Part shown: positions 28,776 through 37,403 of the stretch, piece by piece | Position numbering within the stretch: the stretch's first letter is position 1 | Layout: the number at the start of each line of letters is the position of its first letter | Virus record (IMG/VR): IMGVR_UViG_2588253758_000004 | DNA: 64,000 bases | From: a virus | Taxonomy: Duplodnaviria; Caudoviricetes | Reading direction: 5' to 3' (one strand) | Notes under the pieces: model-generated | The model's database searches: none | Told to the model about the DNA's origin: nothing | Seen by the model: the letters and a program-made list of their open reading frames with translations, nothing else | Translations under genes and position numbers: made by a program

Positions 28776-29993
28776 ATGATACCAAGGGAGATATACTTAA
28801 AAAAACTACGACTGCTTCGAGACCAAGACTTAATCAAAGTAGTTACAGGTGTGCGCCGTTCAGGAAAATCAACACTATTGTCTGCATTTGCCAATGAACT
28901 GTTAGAATCTGGAGTCAAACAGGAGCAGATTATTTTCTTCAACTTTGAGGAGCGTGAAAATTTAGAACTCACTGACTGGACAAAGCTCTATGACGAGATA
29001 ATAGTAAAAACGGATCCACTTAAGAAGAGTTACATTTTTTTGGATGAGGTGCAAATTATATCTAATTTCGAAAAACTTGTTGATAGTTTGTATGTCAAAA
29101 AGAATATTGACCTTTATGTGACCGGCTCCAATGCCTATTTGCTTTCAAGCGAATTGGCGACCTTGTTAACGGGTCGGTATATTGCTATCAATGTGCATCC
29201 TTTCTCTTTTGCAGAGTATGCACTATGCTTTCCGGAAGAAAAAAACACAGACCGTCTGTTTAGGCAATACTTAAATAATAGTGCTTTCCCTGAAGCTGTT
29301 CATCTTTCAAAAGTAGCACCTGAACTAGTGAATGACTATTTGCAATCTATTTACGACACCGTTATAGGGAAGGATATTGTTGTTCGACACAAACTTCGTA
29401 ATTTCAATAAATTACAGCGTGTAATTGAGTTTCTTTTTGACTCTGTGGGTTCACTCGTTTCACCAACCAATATAGCAGAACAGCTGAATCGAGCCTCTGA
29501 CAAAACCATATCCCACAATACAATAATAAAGCTGATAAAGTACCTTACAGAATCATATATTCTCTATTGTGCACCACGGTACGATATTAAAGGTAAAGAG
29601 TTGTTGTCCACCAATGATAAGTATTATTTGATTGATTTGGGGTTGAAAAATATTACCACTACAAATAAATATGATGCAAACTTAGGTCATAAGTTAGAGA
29701 ATGTAATCTATTTTGAACTTCTCAGGCGCGGAGGAAAAGTTTTTGTAGGAAAACAGAATGACAAAGAGGTTGATTTTGTAGTACATAAGGCGAATAACGA
29801 GAGAGAGTATTATCAAGTCGCATACAGCATTAATGACGAAAAAACACTTGAACGAGAATTTTCGTCATTAAGGCTCATTAAAGACAATTACCCAAAGTAT
29901 CTGCTAACCCTCGACTATGATACGGCTGTAATTGATGGGATACATAAAATCAACGTTATCGATTGGCTATTAGATGAGGTAACCGGGGGCTAA
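28776..29993 (+). CDS. AAA+ ATPase (AAA_14 + DUF4143 family), cargo gene
   Basis: GVRRSGKST, FLDEVQ, TGSNA, KYYLIDLG, EVDFV. Confidence 0.88.
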   Translation: MIPREIYLKKLRLLRDQDLIKVVTGVRRSGKSTLLSAFANELLESGVKQEQIIFFNFEERENLELTDWTKLYDEIIVKTDPLKKSYIFLDEVQIISNFEKLVDSLYVKKNIDLYVTGSNAYLLSSELATLLTGRYIAINVHPFSFAEYALCFPEEKNTDRLFRQYLNNSAFPEAVHLSKVAPELVNDYLQSIYDTVIGKDIVVRHKLRNFNKLQRVIEFLFDSVGSLVSPTNIAEQLNRASDKTISHNTIIKLIKYLTESYILYCAPRYDIKGKELLSTNDKYYLIDLGLKNITTTNKYDANLGHKLENVIYFELLRRGGKVFVGKQNDKEVDFVVHKANNEREYYQVAYSINDEKTLEREFSSLRLIKDNYPKYLLTLDYDTAVIDGIHKINVIDWLLDEVTGG

Positions 29994-30017
29994 TTGCAAC
30001 CTAAAACAATCCCCTGT

Positions 30018-30075
30018 AACACTGAAGTGCACCCTAAAAGTTAGACAAAAAACTTTTGGGGTGCACTTCAGTGTT
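30018..30075. repeat. Palindrome resembling two IS3/IS150-type ends with no interior; probable bidirectional terminator
   Basis: AACAC-TGAAGTGCACCCTAAAAGTT-AGACAAA-AACTTTTGGGGTGCACTTCA-GTGTT between convergent genes. Confidence 0.6.
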
Positions 30076-30088
30076 GGCAAGAAAGCAA

Positions 30089-30295
30089 TTAAGGAGGCGA
30101 TGAGCCGGAAAGGATGTTTGTAGTCATTCGACTGACGGTCATTTGCTGATGTAACCAAAGTGCCTCTTCGGATAGCATCGCAAACTCTTCGTCACTGATT
30201 TTTTCCAAATCTACGCCGGGAAAGTAATGTCGGATGTAAATTATCCGTTGACGTATACGGTCATTGTCACCTACTTCCCAGCTTTGGATAAACCC
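30089..30295 (-). CDS. Tail assembly chaperone C-terminal extension (gpT-like) reached by -1 frameshift
   Basis: Slippery G GGT TTA (30295-30289); -1 frame FIQSWEVGDNDRIRQRIIYIRHYFPGVDLEKISDEEFAMLSEEALWLHQQ... to TAA at 30089. Confidence 0.75.
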   Translation of the reverse strand, partial: GFIQSWEVGDNDRIRQRIIYIRHYFPGVDLEKISDEEFAMLSEEALWLHQQMTVSRMTTNILSGSSPP

Positions 30296-30642
30296 ACCAA
30301 AACGGTTTGTCTCGTGGTGATGATTTCAGAGAGTTGTCCCATTAAGCCGAACAGGAACAGCGATTCGTTATCAACCAGATCTTTGTCCCCCTCAATATAA
30401 CAATCTTTGGCAAGGGTGCGCATAGCCATCACTTCATCCTTCTTGGATGCAGCCATAAACTTGCTGAACTGAGCGAATGAAGGTTCTCCCAGATAGGCAA
30501 CATAAATCTCTTTTTCCTCATTGTCTACGTCGCCAAATACGACCATAGGATAGACCTTGCGGAGTTTCTTTTCTGCTTTAAGCTCCTTGGCACGTTTACG
30601 GATCTGCTCCTCCTGTGCCAGTGTCAATGATTTTTCTTCCAT
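30271..30642 (-). CDS. Tail assembly chaperone (gpG-like)
   Basis: 123 aa between tube and tape measure genes; slippery site near the 3' end. Confidence 0.75.
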   Translation of the reverse strand: MEEKSLTLAQEEQIRKRAKELKAEKKLRKVYPMVVFGDVDNEEKEIYVAYLGEPSFAQFSKFMAASKKDEVMAMRTLAKDCYIEGDKDLVDNESLFLFGLMGQLSEIITTRQTVLVGLSKAGK

Positions 30643-30668
30643 TTGAATTTTAATTAAAGTTCATCTAA

Positions 30669-30697
30669 AGAATAGTGGAAGGGGACGGTGAAAGTTT
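30669..30697 (-). promoter_or_regulatory. Putative late promoter
   Basis: AGAATAG(30669-30675)-18 nt-GTTT(30694-30697). Confidence 0.72.
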
Positions 30698-31181
30698 ATT
30701 GTATTTCAAATATTCTTCCTGCAATACCGCAATTTTTTAGCACCTGCGAGTTAGCCTCGTCAAAAGCAATCAGGCACGATGGTGCACCGGCAGTACCACC
30801 ACGCTCACCTGTAACGTGATGAAACGACAATCGCCCTTTGATAAAGAGAATCGAATGAGCGTGTCGAAATATGAGTTCCTGAAAGAGCTTGGTTTCGGTT
30901 CGGGCAAAGGTGAGTGCTATAGCGTTCTTATGCTCGATACAGCGTTCTATAAACTGAATAATAAGCCGAGTGTCATACGGTGGATTGCAAAAGACACGTC
31001 CTTGCCACGGCTGTACTAAGCCGTCATCTTCGATAGTGAAGTGATTATTTGCTGTTGCCCAAGGACGATTAATAGGAGCACAGGGGTCTAAATCAAATTC
31101 TCCAAGTTTAGCTAAAATATCCGGAGGAGTTAACCATTCATTCTTGCCGGTGGAGGAGTTTCCCTCAAAAGTTACGTTCAT
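30696..31181 (-). CDS. Phage N6-adenine DNA methyltransferase
   Basis: EWLTPP, FDLDPCA, VFCNPPY, FIKGRLSF. Confidence 0.85.
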   Translation of the reverse strand: MNVTFEGNSSTGKNEWLTPPDILAKLGEFDLDPCAPINRPWATANNHFTIEDDGLVQPWQGRVFCNPPYDTRLIIQFIERCIEHKNAIALTFARTETKLFQELIFRHAHSILFIKGRLSFHHVTGERGGTAGAPSCLIAFDEANSQVLKNCGIAGRIFEIQ

Positions 31182-31206
31182 ATCTGATACGATTATTGTT
31201 CGTATC

Positions 31207-31235
31207 AGAATAGTGTGATTTCGGTTGAATGGTTT
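31207..31235 (-). promoter_or_regulatory. Putative late promoter
   Basis: AGAATAG(31207-31213)-18 nt-GTTT(31232-31235). Confidence 0.72.
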
Positions 31236-31236
31236 G

Positions 31237-31270
31237 AAAAAAGCCGCGACCTATCACAGGCAGCGGCTTT
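31237..31270 (-). terminator. Intrinsic terminator
   Basis: AAGCCGC/GCGGCTT stem with T6 on the minus strand. Confidence 0.7.
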
Positions 31271-31308
31271 CGCACAAATGATTAAGCTGAAAAATCAATT
31301 TTCTATTA

Positions 31309-31337
31309 AGATTAGCCGAACAATGAGCAAAGAGTTT
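31309..31337 (-). promoter_or_regulatory. Putative late promoter with no downstream ORF
   Basis: AGATTAG(31309-31315)-18 nt-GTTT(31334-31337). Confidence 0.6.
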
Positions 31338-31348
31338 AATCAAAAGGA

Positions 31349-31804
31349 CTAAATCGTATCGCCATCGCCAATTTGGATGTCGAATGGGTTCAAGTCGAAC
31401 TCCTTGGTGATGTCGGTATCGTCCTGCTTGGACTCCATACCGTCCTCAGAGAAGATACAGCCCTTCAAGGTTACGGTGGTTGTGGTCCAGTCATCTGATG
31501 CCATTGGGTTGGCAAAGCTGACGATAAGGTCGAACTCTCCGATATCCATCAATGAACCATAAGTCGAGCGCAACATCTGCTGAGTGGCATAATCCATCGT
31601 GATGGATGCCGTATAAGAGATATTTCCAAAACCACGACTGACGGGTTTACCGCCCATTCCGTAGTTCGATTCAATCTTACGTTTCTTGTTCCATTTGATA
31701 CCCGAAACACCCTCAAGTGTGGTTGAGCCTGCCTCGATTCCGAGAGCTGTCGATGAGAGGGTTATCATCGACCACGAATAGGCTACGTTGTTAATTATAG
31801 GCAT
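31349..31804 (-). CDS. Tail tube protein
   Basis: MPIINNVAYSW start, YGMGGKPVSRGFGN, TVTLKGCIF; follows the sheath gene. Confidence 0.8.
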   Translation of the reverse strand: MPIINNVAYSWSMITLSSTALGIEAGSTTLEGVSGIKWNKKRKIESNYGMGGKPVSRGFGNISYTASITMDYATQQMLRSTYGSLMDIGEFDLIVSFANPMASDDWTTTTVTLKGCIFSEDGMESKQDDTDITKEFDLNPFDIQIGDGDTI

Positions 31805-31849
31805 ATTAAACTGTTTTTTAGCAAAGTCCAATAAAAGACACTATGTGTC

Positions 31850-33193
31850 CTATTTAGCGGTTAATGAAAGTCCCTCTTCGACATAGATTTTTGTGGCAAC
31901 ACCCACCGGCACAAGAACAAAAGAGATTCTGAGCGTATCATCCACCAAAACATTCTGGTTGGGGTCGATATTGACCGCATAACCTGAAATCTCCTGAGCC
32001 GCTTGCATCTTGGCGAGAATATCACCAATCAATGTTTTGAAGGCTGAAATCTTTGCCGGAGCAAGGAATCCTGTTGCAGGGTTCACAAGCAGCGGTGAGT
32101 TCACATACGGGAGCAGAGCGGCACGAACCGAGCGGCGACTCTTGTTGATGGTGCGGTTACGGGCAATGGTGCGGTAGTCGCCTCTCGAACAAGTCTGATC
32201 CTTGCTGATATACACGCCGTTTTCACGTCCGGCATACTTCATCGGGAATATATACCCCTTCTCATCGAAGTCATCAAGTAGCACAGGCGAGAGTGATTCG
32301 TACATATTGAGACTTATAAACTCCTCTTCTGCATCGAGATTGATATCGCCAAAACCCAGCTCAATGTCTTGAAAATTGACATCAAAGAGATTGAAAGTTT
32401 TTACCCAGGCAACAGATTCTTGAACGCCTGCTCTGGCTATCGCACCCATCATTGCACCAAGGAAACCGACCGGAGTGTTATTGACGTTACGTTTCTGCAT
32501 CGTATTGATAACCTCACTACGAGCCTGACCGAAAATCGCACTCACACGGCGAGATTCACAAATCGCCGATGGGATTTTGTTCAGGTCTATCTGCTTGTTA
32601 TCAGCACTGTCGCCACCGGTATTTGATGGATTTGCTGACAATACGATAGAGAGGGGCTGATGTTGATTCGAGAGAGCTTCGGCTTTACCGTTCAGGGTAG
32701 GTATAATGTTGAGATTATACTTCTGCTCCGAACCGTTCAAGAGCCACAGAGGTTGCTCCGTCCAAACGCCCAACTGGTTTATCATACCGCCTGCCACACG
32801 CTGCATTGCGTCGATAGCGTCCCAATTAGAAGAGCAATCTGCAAACATCACATACAGGCGACCACTGCCGTCCACATTGCCGCTCATTCGGAAAAACTCA
32901 CGTATGTGGTAAGCGGGAATACCGTGCAGGAAGTTGACATTATTCTCATCATCCTCGGTGGTCTCCACACGCTCGATGATGCCGAAGTCAGTTGTAGCAG
33001 ATTTCAAACTGGTGATGTATGCAACATCGCCCAGTTTTAGTTTCGAATCATTGTTTTTGCCATAACCTGCGGCGAACAAGTCAGGCTGTTTAGAGACATC
33101 AAATAGCAACCCGGTAACCTTCTCGTTGCCGGTCGCTCCGCCAAACGGGATGTTCCCGTCAACGTCTTTTATGAATACATTACCAAGTGCCAT
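31850..33193 (-). CDS. Tail sheath protein (DUF2586-like)
   Basis: 447 aa; DYRTIARNRTINK, IDPNQNVL, VPVGVA C-terminal sheath motifs. Confidence 0.82.
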   Translation of the reverse strand: MALGNVFIKDVDGNIPFGGATGNEKVTGLLFDVSKQPDLFAAGYGKNNDSKLKLGDVAYITSLKSATTDFGIIERVETTEDDENNVNFLHGIPAYHIREFFRMSGNVDGSGRLYVMFADCSSNWDAIDAMQRVAGGMINQLGVWTEQPLWLLNGSEQKYNLNIIPTLNGKAEALSNQHQPLSIVLSANPSNTGGDSADNKQIDLNKIPSAICESRRVSAIFGQARSEVINTMQKRNVNNTPVGFLGAMMGAIARAGVQESVAWVKTFNLFDVNFQDIELGFGDINLDAEEEFISLNMYESLSPVLLDDFDEKGYIFPMKYAGRENGVYISKDQTCSRGDYRTIARNRTINKSRRSVRAALLPYVNSPLLVNPATGFLAPAKISAFKTLIGDILAKMQAAQEISGYAVNIDPNQNVLVDDTLRISFVLVPVGVATKIYVEEGLSLTAK

Positions 33194-33199
33194 AGTTGA

Positions 33200-33565
33200 T
33201 TAGTTCTGTTTGTAATAGGGGTTTTTGTAAAGTGTTGCACCGCCTCTAATTCGCTCTGCAGTGTCGGGTGTAAACACACCTCCATGCTTGTCTACATAAA
33301 GCGACTGGTGGTTCGGGAACGTTTTGAGAATGCCGAGCGTGAAACTGTCCGGGTCATTTTCAACTTGTTTCTGTGCCCCCTTTTCAGAGGTTGCAATCTT
33401 CTCCTGTTTCGGTTGGGGTGCCTCAATTTGTGAATTGGTATCGGCAGTAGCTGTTTCCACTTGGGTCTCTTCTTGCAGAGCAACTCCTTCTGATGGTTGC
33501 TCTTGAAAGGTTTCGGCTCCTACTCCCTGAGCCATATCTTCTGTCGGTATTTTTTGTTTTGCCAT
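33200..33565 (-). CDS. Hypothetical structural-module protein
   Basis: 121 aa between capsid and sheath genes; acidic low-complexity N-terminus. Confidence 0.65.
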   Translation of the reverse strand: MAKQKIPTEDMAQGVGAETFQEQPSEGVALQEETQVETATADTNSQIEAPQPKQEKIATSEKGAQKQVENDPDSFTLGILKTFPNHQSLYVDKHGGVFTPDTAERIRGGATLYKNPYYKQN

Positions 33566-33580
33566 TGTTAGTCAAGAATT

Positions 33581-33611
33581 AAAAAGGGAGGTGGAGATTG
33601 CCCCACCTCCC
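33581..33611 (-). terminator. Intrinsic terminator after the major capsid gene
   Basis: GGGAGGTGG/CCACCTCCC stem + T5. Confidence 0.75.
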
Positions 33612-33649
33612 CGGGATTAAAGAATCTATGATCAGCAGTAAAGAAAGGG

Positions 33650-34696
33650 TTACGCCTTTTTGTATGCCGTGTGGACCACAATCTCGCCAGGACGAACAAT
33701 GTTTACGTCCATCTTCATACGCATCTGGAAGAAGAAGAGCTCTGAGTTCGCTTGCAGGCGGTCAATCTTCAACACCTCGCTGTCATTGGCGTAGTCAACA
33801 CCCATCCAAAGGTTGGAATCCATTCCGGTGGTGAACTGACCCAACACGATGGTGTGTTCGGGAATACCCACGATAGGTGTGATTTTCTTGCCCTTGAAGC
33901 GGTAGCGGTTCACCTCTGTATTCTCAGAGTATTTCACCATCTTGTCCGAGATGTACTGGTCGTAAGCGTCCCACGCTTCCCAACCGATGACAAATGAGAG
34001 TCCCGGATTGTTGCGGATCTGCTTGGGACACTTTTTCCACATCGCATAGAGGGCGGCTTCAACTGCTGCACCGTCGGTCAGTTCAGTGTTGCCTGAGACA
34101 ACACATTGACCACCTGCGATAGTTTGGGCATCGGTGGCATTCACGTTGTCGATAATGCGTTTGATTACACCGTCGAAATACTTCTCCTTGCCACGTCCGA
34201 TTTGAATAGAGTCTGTCGGAATCGCCACTCCCGCAGCCGCTGCACCACCTTTGGCCGCTGTCCAGATAGCGTTGCCGATGTACTCGTTTTTCTTGTCCAT
34301 CAACAGACGAAGCATAGTCGCCTGCACCTTGGGATCAAGCTCACGGAACACCAGGTTTCCGTCAGGTTGTGCAAACTTCCAATACTTTTCGTAGTCACGA
34401 GGGTTGAACTCCAAATAGACCATAAAGTCGGAAGGGTTCAGGTGTCGCTCGGTAAATTGGTACTCATTCTCGCCGTTTGGACCCTTGGCACCTTGGACAG
34501 ATGTTGGGGTTGGCGTGTTGTCCTGAATAATTTCACCCAGCTTGATTGCCGGTAATGTGTACTTGTGTTGAATGCCCGACTTGATGTGGATAAGACCCTG
34601 TTTGTAGGTGTCATTACCTTGGGCGGTATAGGTGAGTAGGTCTTCGAGAACCTCTCCGTTATACCCATTCTGTAAAAATGATACTGTATCTGCCAT
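33650..34696 (-). CDS. Major capsid protein
   Basis: 348 aa directly after the Clp protease/scaffold gene and followed by a terminator; ends FFFQMRMKMDVNIVRPGEIVV. Confidence 0.78.
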   Translation of the reverse strand: MADTVSFLQNGYNGEVLEDLLTYTAQGNDTYKQGLIHIKSGIQHKYTLPAIKLGEIIQDNTPTPTSVQGAKGPNGENEYQFTERHLNPSDFMVYLEFNPRDYEKYWKFAQPDGNLVFRELDPKVQATMLRLLMDKKNEYIGNAIWTAAKGGAAAAGVAIPTDSIQIGRGKEKYFDGVIKRIIDNVNATDAQTIAGGQCVVSGNTELTDGAAVEAALYAMWKKCPKQIRNNPGLSFVIGWEAWDAYDQYISDKMVKYSENTEVNRYRFKGKKITPIVGIPEHTIVLGQFTTGMDSNLWMGVDYANDSEVLKIDRLQANSELFFFQMRMKMDVNIVRPGEIVVHTAYKKA

Positions 34697-34711
34697 GTTT
34701 TTAACTGATTA

Positions 34712-35257
34712 TTATTTCATTGATTTGAATTGGAAGTTCTCACCGACCACCTGAGTAACCTTCTCGGCTATCTTCTCTTCGGCGGTTTTGGTCGACTCGG
34801 CAGCAGCTTGAACATTAGCCGGGTCAGCAGCGATTTCCTTTGAGATTTGTTCACGCACGGGAATTCCGGCAAGGGTGCTTTCAACCAGTGCAAGGTTGTT
34901 ATCAGCCATATTTACCCAGTCGGCTTTTGTCTCACGGCTGATTTTTCCTGCCTCGATAGCAGCTTCAATCATCGTTTCGATTTTTGCCTTCTTCTCGGTA
35001 GCCTCTTTTTGCTGATAGGTCGAGAGTGAAGTGGTTGCGGTAGCCAAGTCTTTCTGAAGGTTGGTGATTGCAGCCTCTTTGCCTGCGATAACCGTCTGTG
35101 CGTCTGTGAGAGATTTTTCAGTCTCTTTCAGTTTTGCCTCGATGGTCACCAGTGCATTGATACGTGCCATCACATCCTTCATTTCGTAATTCTCTTTTAG
35201 TCCGAGTGTTGCGGCTACCGCAGCGTATTCGGCAGAGGTTGTTTTTTCTGAATTCAT
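34712..35257 (-). CDS. Nested in-frame scaffold protein (181 aa, MNSEKTT...)
   Basis: Internal ATG after an AT-rich leader, with its own promoter motif at 35283-35311. Confidence 0.6.
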   Translation of the reverse strand: MNSEKTTSAEYAAVAATLGLKENYEMKDVMARINALVTIEAKLKETEKSLTDAQTVIAGKEAAITNLQKDLATATTSLSTYQQKEATEKKAKIETMIEAAIEAGKISRETKADWVNMADNNLALVESTLAGIPVREQISKEIAADPANVQAAAESTKTAEEKIAEKVTQVVGENFQFKSMK

Positions 35258-36001
35258 CGTGTTAGTATTATTTGTTTGATTAAGAATAGTGTTATCGCCT
35301 TCAAAAAGTTTAATGGGCTGATCTGTGGGGAGAGAAGCTGTGATTTCAGCCATCAGATTTTGGATTTGAGAGATGTCTTCAACCCCAGAGATCCCTGCCT
35401 TCACCTTGTCGCAAAGTTGCTTTGAGGTTGGGATTACATTCTCTGTTGGGATGATACCTGCTTTGACTGCCGAAGCTGCATCGAAGAATGTTCCGTCTTT
35501 GTCCGCCTCGCCGCTCATAATGGCGCGGACATGTTCGGCTTTCAGCCCGAAGCGTTTGCGGTAGATGGTTTCGATTTGTTTGGTGAATGCCTTGACCATA
35601 TCCGATGGTTCATCGCACTGGTTCTCTGTGTTGCATTTATCTTCGGCGGTGGGCTGGAAGGGATTGTGAATCATCAGAATCGCATAGTCCCGCATCAGGG
35701 ATCGGTCTGCTGCCGCCCAAATGATGGAACCCATCGAAGCGGCCAAGCCCTCGATGATGCATTCTGTTTCGATTTTGGAGTTACGGATGGTGGAGTATGT
35801 GCTCATACCGTGAAGCACAGAGCCGCCCTCAGAGTTGATAAGCACTCTGATACATTTGGGGCGTACTACATTTTCGAGATAATCGAACTCAGCATTGAAT
35901 TGGCAGGTGGATTCCTCCGAGACCCTGCCGAAAAAGCGAATCGTAGCCACTTCGCCACTTTTCGCTTCGCCGATTATGTTTTGGAATTTTTCTGTGTTCA
36001 T
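34712..36001 (-). CDS. ClpP-type prohead protease with C-terminal scaffold
   Basis: INSEGGSV, GLAASMGS, LMIHNP; ATG 36001, 16 nt after a late promoter; coiled-coil C-terminus. Confidence 0.88.
   Translation of the reverse strand: MNTEKFQNIIGEAKSGEVATIRFFGRVSEESTCQFNAEFDYLENVVRPKCIRVLINSEGGSVLHGMSTYSTIRNSKIETECIIEGLAASMGSIIWAAADRSLMRDYAILMIHNPFQPTAEDKCNTENQCDEPSDMVKAFTKQIETIYRKRFGLKAEHVRAIMSGEADKDGTFFDAASAVKAGIIPTENVIPTSKQLCDKVKAGISGVEDISQIQNLMAEITASLPTDQPIKLFEGDNTILNQTNNTNTMNSEKTTSAEYAAVAATLGLKENYEMKDVMARINALVTIEAKLKETEKSLTDAQTVIAGKEAAITNLQKDLATATTSLSTYQQKEATEKKAKIETMIEAAIEAGKISRETKADWVNMADNNLALVESTLAGIPVREQISKEIAADPANVQAAAESTKTAEEKIAEKVTQVVGENFQFKSMK
35283..35311 (-). promoter_or_regulatory. 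Putative late promoter inside the protease gene
   Basis: AGAATAG(35283-35289)-18 nt-GTTT(35308-35311). Confidence 0.68.
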
Positions 36002-36017
36002 AAAATACCTTTCCCAA

Positions 36018-36046
36018 AGAATAGGGCTATGGCACAGAAAAAGTTT
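36018..36046 (-). promoter_or_regulatory. Putative late promoter
   Basis: AGAATAG(36018-36024)-18 nt-GTTT(36043-36046). Confidence 0.72.
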
Positions 36047-36220
36047 ATTGCGTGTGGTTTGGATTGAACTTTTTGAAATAATCAGCTGAGTTTGCATTGA
36101 TAAAATGCAAATTTCTATATGTTTTTGCATTGAATAATCGCAAATTCAAGAACAATAGCACTGGCAAACAATACATTATGTAATTGTGAGTTTTGCGCAA
36201 AAGTGCAGGATATAGAAAGC

Positions 36221-36250
36221 AAAAAAAGGCGGCAACCATCGTCACCGCCC
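36221..36250 (-). terminator. Intrinsic terminator after the KilA-N gene
   Basis: GGCGG/CCGCC stem + T7. Confidence 0.65.
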
Positions 36251-36257
36251 CTGTGGG

Positions 36258-37073
36258 TTACTGTTTCTCGAACAGTGAAAATATCAAGTCTCGCCCTTTT
36301 GCCGTCCAGACCAAATACTTGGTTGGCATCAGCTCCATCTTGTCCGTCTCTTCGTTATAGCGTTTGCTCATTGTCTCCTTTTCGAAAGCCAGACCCTGAT
36401 TCTCATATTTGGGCATCAAGTACCAACTGCCATCCAATTTGCCGATGATGCCTCGTTGCATCAAGAGGCGATTGAGTTCGTCGGCTTTCAATCCTAACGT
36501 GCGAGCCATGTTAGAGACTGGGTAGTTTCTCCGTTTCTCGAAGGACTCTTGGGTCGTTTTAAGTTGCTCGTAAAATGCAATCTTTGGAGCATTCTCCTCG
36601 ATTTGCTGGACAAGTTGCTCGTGTTTGGCTTCAAGCTCTATGGTTTTTAGGCGGCTCATTTTTAGTTCATCAATGACAAAGGCTACAAAGCCGGGATCGG
36701 TTCTCGCCTTGTCGAGCATCTCATCTGTTGCGGTCAATCCAAAGCGAAACAGCTCTTTGATACGGTCGTTACACCACAGATAGAAATCCGGAGACAACCA
36801 TTGGGCAAATAGTAAGGCAAGATCTTCATGCATCCAAGTACCTTGATTGCTACCTCCCTGATTTACAACAACTAAGCCCGTTGCTGGGATTCCAGTCTTG
36901 GCTGATAATGAGCATATTAACTCCTTTGCTTGTTGAGTAGACAACCAGTTACTTGCTCTCTTCCTGAAAGGCTTCGCCATCTCTGTGGCATTCACCATCA
37001 ACTCCCCTTCGCCAATCTGGAACGAAACCGGGGTGTCGTTGTAGTTGAATATCTGTAAATTTTTCATCTCCAC
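36258..37073 (-). CDS. KilA-N + antirepressor (ANT) domain protein
   Basis: VNATEMAKPF, GTWMHEDLALLFAQWLSP, APKIAFY, LVWTAKGR. Confidence 0.88.
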   Translation of the reverse strand: MEMKNLQIFNYNDTPVSFQIGEGELMVNATEMAKPFRKRASNWLSTQQAKELICSLSAKTGIPATGLVVVNQGGSNQGTWMHEDLALLFAQWLSPDFYLWCNDRIKELFRFGLTATDEMLDKARTDPGFVAFVIDELKMSRLKTIELEAKHEQLVQQIEENAPKIAFYEQLKTTQESFEKRRNYPVSNMARTLGLKADELNRLLMQRGIIGKLDGSWYLMPKYENQGLAFEKETMSKRYNEETDKMELMPTKYLVWTAKGRDLIFSLFEKQ

Positions 37074-37079
37074 CGAATT

Positions 37080-37403
37080 TTAATTTAGGGTTTTGTCTGG
37101 TTGCATAAGAAACAGACCCTCTGCCGTATCAGGATTAAACTTACTTTCGAGATATTTGCTGTACATCTCAAGCCCAACACGAACAAACTCTCTCTCCTGA
37201 CTCAATGCAAGCAGACCAAAAACATTTTTGGATAACTCGAAGTTTGAACCTGAAGTGGCTATCATATGCACCGAGTTGTCAAATTCGACATCTCGAGCCA
37301 AAACGATAAATGACTGTTTGGGGTTATTGTCTGTAAGCTTATGTAGCTCCTCTACAAATTCACTTAACTTTTGAAGTAACTCACTAACTTTCTTATCTTT
37401 CAT
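37080..37403 (-). CDS. Hypothetical protein
   Basis: 107 aa ORF in an operon with the KilA-N gene. Confidence 0.6.
   Translation of the reverse strand: MKDKKVSELLQKLSEFVEELHKLTDNNPKQSFIVLARDVEFDNSVHMIATSGSNFELSKNVFGLLALSQEREFVRVGLEMYSKYLESKFNPDTAEGLFLMQPDKTLN

Noticed and set aside
94-33193. Tailocin / extracellular contractile injection system
   Set aside because: Capsid, protease, portal and head morphogenesis genes are present under the same promoter motif, indicating a phage
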